A stretch of DNA of 40,087 nt, taken from positions 1 to 40,087 of the IMG/VR virus record IMGVR_UViG_3300048886_001026, one strand, 5' to 3'. The position numbers and the translations under genes are program-made. Below the pieces are notes generated by a model. It was not told the DNA's origin. It was given only the letters and a program-made list of their open reading frames with translations, and searched no databases. The first letter of the stretch is position 1. Each line of letters starts with the position of its first letter. This DNA is from a virus (lineage: Duplodnaviria > Caudoviricetes). This document shows, one piece after another, positions 37,191 to 40,087 of this stretch.

Positions 37191-38313
37191 ACTACTTCGC
37201 TCCTGGCTGGAGGATGCGATCGACGCAGCGCCCCAGGCCAAGGCGACCGCTGAGCAGTGGCTGGCGGGCTTCAAGAAGGACCCCAGGGTCGACATGTCCG
37301 AGGTACGCGATCGCGGCCTGGACACCTTCCTGACCGGCCAGAGGGGCTCCGTCGATCGCAGCATGCTGCAGGGTCACCTTGCGGAGAACCCGGTGCCCTG
37401 GATGGACGAAATCTATCGCGGTGACGACTTCGCGGACTACGCCAGCCGCGGTGTCGACAACTACTCCGCCCGTGTGTACGGCAACCCGGCCTGGGACAAC
37501 CGCCAGGGCACCCAGGAGCACTTCCCCGTTCCTGGGTACGCGTACCACGTCCGTGGCGGTGACGGTAACCGCCGCACGGTGCAGGTCATCGACGAGATAC
37601 AGAACGACGTGCCGCTGTCGCGCAATTTCTCGCCCCAGGGAGTGACCTCCTGGCAGAAGTGGGGCCACCTGAACGACGCGTACGAGAACAGCGCGTATCA
37701 AATGAGCCAACACTTCGCCTACCCACCCGACGAGCTCCTGCGGCCCCTGGGCGCCGACACAATCGACGACGTCAAGGGCGCCATGAACGAGTTTGCCGAC
37801 GAGGTCGCGGCGGAGGGCGGCGCAGGTGAAGGCGACCACGCGATCGAGAGCACCCTGGCCGCCCTGGACGAAGCCCAGGCCTACCTGGACACGCCGCGCA
37901 ACATGCCGGCTGCCGATCGGTGGAAGTGGCAGGCGATGGCACGCGAGCTCGACGCCGCTGTGGCGGATCACAAGGACGCCCTGGCCTGGACCACTGGCGA
38001 CGAACAGTACCGCCGCTACTTCACCCGCACTCCCGAGGGTTACCTCTCGTCGGGCAACGAACAGATGGCGGAGAAGGCCGCCGGCACCGAGCGCATGTTC
38101 ACCGGCCTCTACGATCGCGACATGGTGAAAGACAAGCGCTGGAAACAACTAGGCCTGACGCCCCGGATGCGCCGCTTCGATGGCGCCAACTACTGGGTGG
38201 TCGATCTCACACCCCAGGTGCGGGAGAAGCTCGCCAAGTCAGGGATACCGTACTACACCGTGGGCGGCGCAGCCGTCCTGGGACAACAGGAGGGCGCCTT
38301 CGATGGCACGTAG
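37177..38313 (+). CDS. Polyvalent-protein-type domain protein (DEIQND motif), probable internal virion protein
   Basis: PQAKATAEQWL, HF, HVR, IDEIQND, ALAWTTG..Q..RY, GLYD motifs; GTG start with GGAGG SD. Confidence 0.7.
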   Translation: MSRTRLLRSWLEDAIDAAPQAKATAEQWLAGFKKDPRVDMSEVRDRGLDTFLTGQRGSVDRSMLQGHLAENPVPWMDEIYRGDDFADYASRGVDNYSARVYGNPAWDNRQGTQEHFPVPGYAYHVRGGDGNRRTVQVIDEIQNDVPLSRNFSPQGVTSWQKWGHLNDAYENSAYQMSQHFAYPPDELLRPLGADTIDDVKGAMNEFADEVAAEGGAGEGDHAIESTLAALDEAQAYLDTPRNMPAADRWKWQAMARELDAAVADHKDALAWTTGDEQYRRYFTRTPEGYLSSGNEQMAEKAAGTERMFTGLYDRDMVKDKRWKQLGLTPRMRRFDGANYWVVDLTPQVREKLAKSGIPYYTVGGAAVLGQQEGAFDGT

Positions 38314-39457
38314 ATCACAGGCCGTTAAGGCCGCAATGGGTTGGCTGAGCGACGCACTGCCAGAATACACCAGCTCCAGGGCCACACGCGGCAAGCTGAC
38401 CGCCAAACAAGCCGAGCGGATGGATAGCGCCAAGGCCGCCGCGGCGCGCCGTGAGCACGCCCAGGGCGTCCTGGCGAACCCCGTAGAGTACGAGGCGCCG
38501 CCAGAGGATGCGTGGCTCCTGGATCGCAACCTGATCGAGGATGCGATGTTCGGCCACCCTGGCGTGGAGCAGCACGCGATCCAGCGCGCACAACCTGGAG
38601 CGCGGCAGGCGATCGGCTCCGCCACCCGGCCCTGGCAGAGCGAACCCAACGTGGACCTCGTTCGCCAGCAAGTCGAGCGCGGTCGTAACGCCAGCGGCGA
38701 GGAGTGGTATCCAAGCACCTACCCGATCCGCGCGCGCATGGAGGAGCTGGGCGGCAACTTCGACGACTTCGTCTGGGCCAACGCCATCACCAGCCCGCAG
38801 TCGTCGGTGCCGGTCAACATCCCTACCGCCACCGCGCTGATGACTCTGCAGCGCCGAGGCCTGCCGATGACCACCGACAGCCTGAAGGGCCTCAACAAAG
38901 AGATGTCCGAGAAGTACGGCCGCGAGTTCCCGGGCTTCTTTGCGCCGCAGTCGCGCCTGGATCAGTACCAGGACTACCTGGACACCGGCAAGCCGCCCGA
39001 GGGTATCTTGTCCGCGGAGAAGATCACCAGCTACGGCGAAGGCCTGCGCGGTAACCTCGCCAACACGCCCCTGGACACGCACGAGATCGCAGGCACGAGT
39101 TACGGCTCGCGCCTGTATCCGCACTGGAAAGCAGAGGGAAGCGTCCCCACGGGCGTCTACGGCCCCTACGAGGCCGAGTACCGTGATCTGCTGATGGACA
39201 TGGGGTTAGCGCCGGCGAGCGGTCAGGCCTCGCGCTGGATCGGCGGTGGTGAGCTCACCGGCCTGCGCACCTCGCCGGGTACGTTCGCCGACATCACAGA
39301 GCAGGTGTCGCGTTACAGCTCGAAGGCTAAGAAGGGTGACGTGTCGAAGAAAGGGGCCCTGGAGCAACTCGATCGAGCGCTCCTGGGTGAGGAACCGCTG
39401 GTGCCAGTCTACTCTGGCAAAATCCTGCAGCGGATCAATCCGAGGGATTATCGCTAA
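38303..39457 (+). CDS. HhH-GPD / Endonuclease III-like DNA glycosylase-fold protein (384 aa)
   Basis: WY, AITSPQ, K240...D258 (PLDTH), QASRW motifs; ATG at 38303 with GGAGG SD. Confidence 0.7.
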   Translation: MARRSQAVKAAMGWLSDALPEYTSSRATRGKLTAKQAERMDSAKAAAARREHAQGVLANPVEYEAPPEDAWLLDRNLIEDAMFGHPGVEQHAIQRAQPGARQAIGSATRPWQSEPNVDLVRQQVERGRNASGEEWYPSTYPIRARMEELGGNFDDFVWANAITSPQSSVPVNIPTATALMTLQRRGLPMTTDSLKGLNKEMSEKYGREFPGFFAPQSRLDQYQDYLDTGKPPEGILSAEKITSYGEGLRGNLANTPLDTHEIAGTSYGSRLYPHWKAEGSVPTGVYGPYEAEYRDLLMDMGLAPASGQASRWIGGGELTGLRTSPGTFADITEQVSRYSSKAKKGDVSKKGALEQLDRALLGEEPLVPVYSGKILQRINPRDYR

Positions 39458-39563
39458 GCTGGTCGTACAGACGGTCGTTCTCCTCTTGCAGGCGTTCGAC
39501 CGTCTCAGTCAGCTGTTCAACCTGCTCCCGCAGGTCCGCGATCAGTTGATCTCTTTCGTCCAT
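39435..39563 (-). CDS. Small acidic coiled-coil protein (42 aa)
   Basis: AAGGAGGAG SD before ATG at 39563; MDERDQLIADLREQVEQLTETVERLQEEN. Confidence 0.75.
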   Translation of the reverse strand: MDERDQLIADLREQVEQLTETVERLQEENDRLYDQLSDNPSD

Positions 39564-39684
39564 TTTTCTCCTCCTTAAAGGGTTTGCCGCAGTCCAGGCA
39601 CTTCGGCGGATCGCCGCGGCGCCCATTCGCGAACCATTCCATCGCCGGCTTCGCATCGAAGCTGCACAGGTGCTTACTTCTCAT
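39517..39684 (-). CDS. Small putative Zn-binding protein (55 aa)
   Basis: H.C...CLDCGK; GGAG SD before ATG at 39684. Confidence 0.55.
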   Translation of the reverse strand: MRSKHLCSFDAKPAMEWFANGRRGDPPKCLDCGKPFKEEKNGRKRSTDRGPAGAG

Positions 39685-40006
39685 TGCGCTCCCTCGCCTC
39701 GATATACTGACCCAGGGTGTGGTGCATGTTGCGCAGCGCACTGACCCGGGTGTCGTGATCGAAGGTCAGGAACACGCCGTCAACCAGGATCAGGCAGTTC
39801 TTCTCCGAGTGCATCACCGAGGGTTTTGGCTCCGGTTCGGAGTCGAACTGCGGCCCAGGCACCACGTCGATCGCCTTCAGGCAGTCGTCGCAGGTTACTT
39901 GGCTGACGAACGCACTCAGCTGCCCGTCTTCGATGTCCGTGGCACCGCACGCGGCGGTGACGTCGTAGTCGCGCCCGGAGCGCGAGAGGTGTTTAGTTTT
40001 TGGCAT
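39674..40006 (-). CDS. Hypothetical early protein with Cys motif (110 aa); 5' part duplicated at 1-149
   Basis: AACG...VTCDDC; overlaps the stop of the 136-318 gene on the circular map. Confidence 0.75.
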   Translation of the reverse strand: MPKTKHLSRSGRDYDVTAACGATDIEDGQLSAFVSQVTCDDCLKAIDVVPGPQFDSEPEPKPSVMHSEKNCLILVDGVFLTFDHDTRVSALRNMHHTLGQYIEARERNEK

Positions 40007-40087
40007 ACGCGTAGGCCTTCAGTTCTTGGTAGGCGTTCTCCACGATGATGCGATCGGTCGCGGAGGGGAACAGTGCCACCGTCGCGT
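39858..40087. repeat. Terminal direct repeat, right copy
   Basis: Matches 1-230 with one mismatch. Confidence 0.97.

Noticed and set aside
1-40087. Frequent CGATCG/GCGATCGC suggesting cyanobacterial HIP1
   Set aside because: Plausibly explained by ATC codons in GC-rich context; enrichment cannot be shown without a computed expectation
1-40087. Integrase, att site, tRNA, RNA polymerase, DNA methyltransferase
   Set aside because: No ORF or intergenic segment with the expected motifs was found by eye

Overview
The window is an apparently complete, GC-rich dsDNA tailed phage genome with a unit length of 39,857 bp. Bases 1-230 are repeated at 39858-40087 with one mismatch. A leftward arm (7764 down to 1, continuing 40087 to 39435) carries small early genes, a DUF932 protein, a papain-like peptidase, a family-A DNA polymerase, a putative SSB, a DUF2800/Cas4-like nuclease and a ribbon-helix-helix regulator. 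A rightward arm carries VRR-NUC, a degenerate HNH-AP2 protein, an SNF2 helicase, a RepB-type primase, a VirE/VapE-type helicase, a candidate origin palindrome, TerS/TerL and a LUZ24/PaP3-like podovirus virion module. That module is followed by a giant collagen tail fibre, a lysis cluster and ejection proteins. I see no integrase, CI repressor, RNA polymerase, tRNA or CRISPR array. The most notable observations are: (1) a cassette of probable virion-delivered enzymes at the end of the late operon, including an Endonuclease-III-like glycosylase with intact catalytic Lys/Asp, two members of which share an N-terminal motif; (2) a tail-nozzle gene split in two and carrying inserted lectin/Ig domains; (3) a fibre with 167 uninterrupted collagen triplets; (4) tandem TTGCAA boxes on all three leftward promoters; (5) a candidate antisense sRNA. 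All family assignments come from motif recognition by eye; no database search was run.
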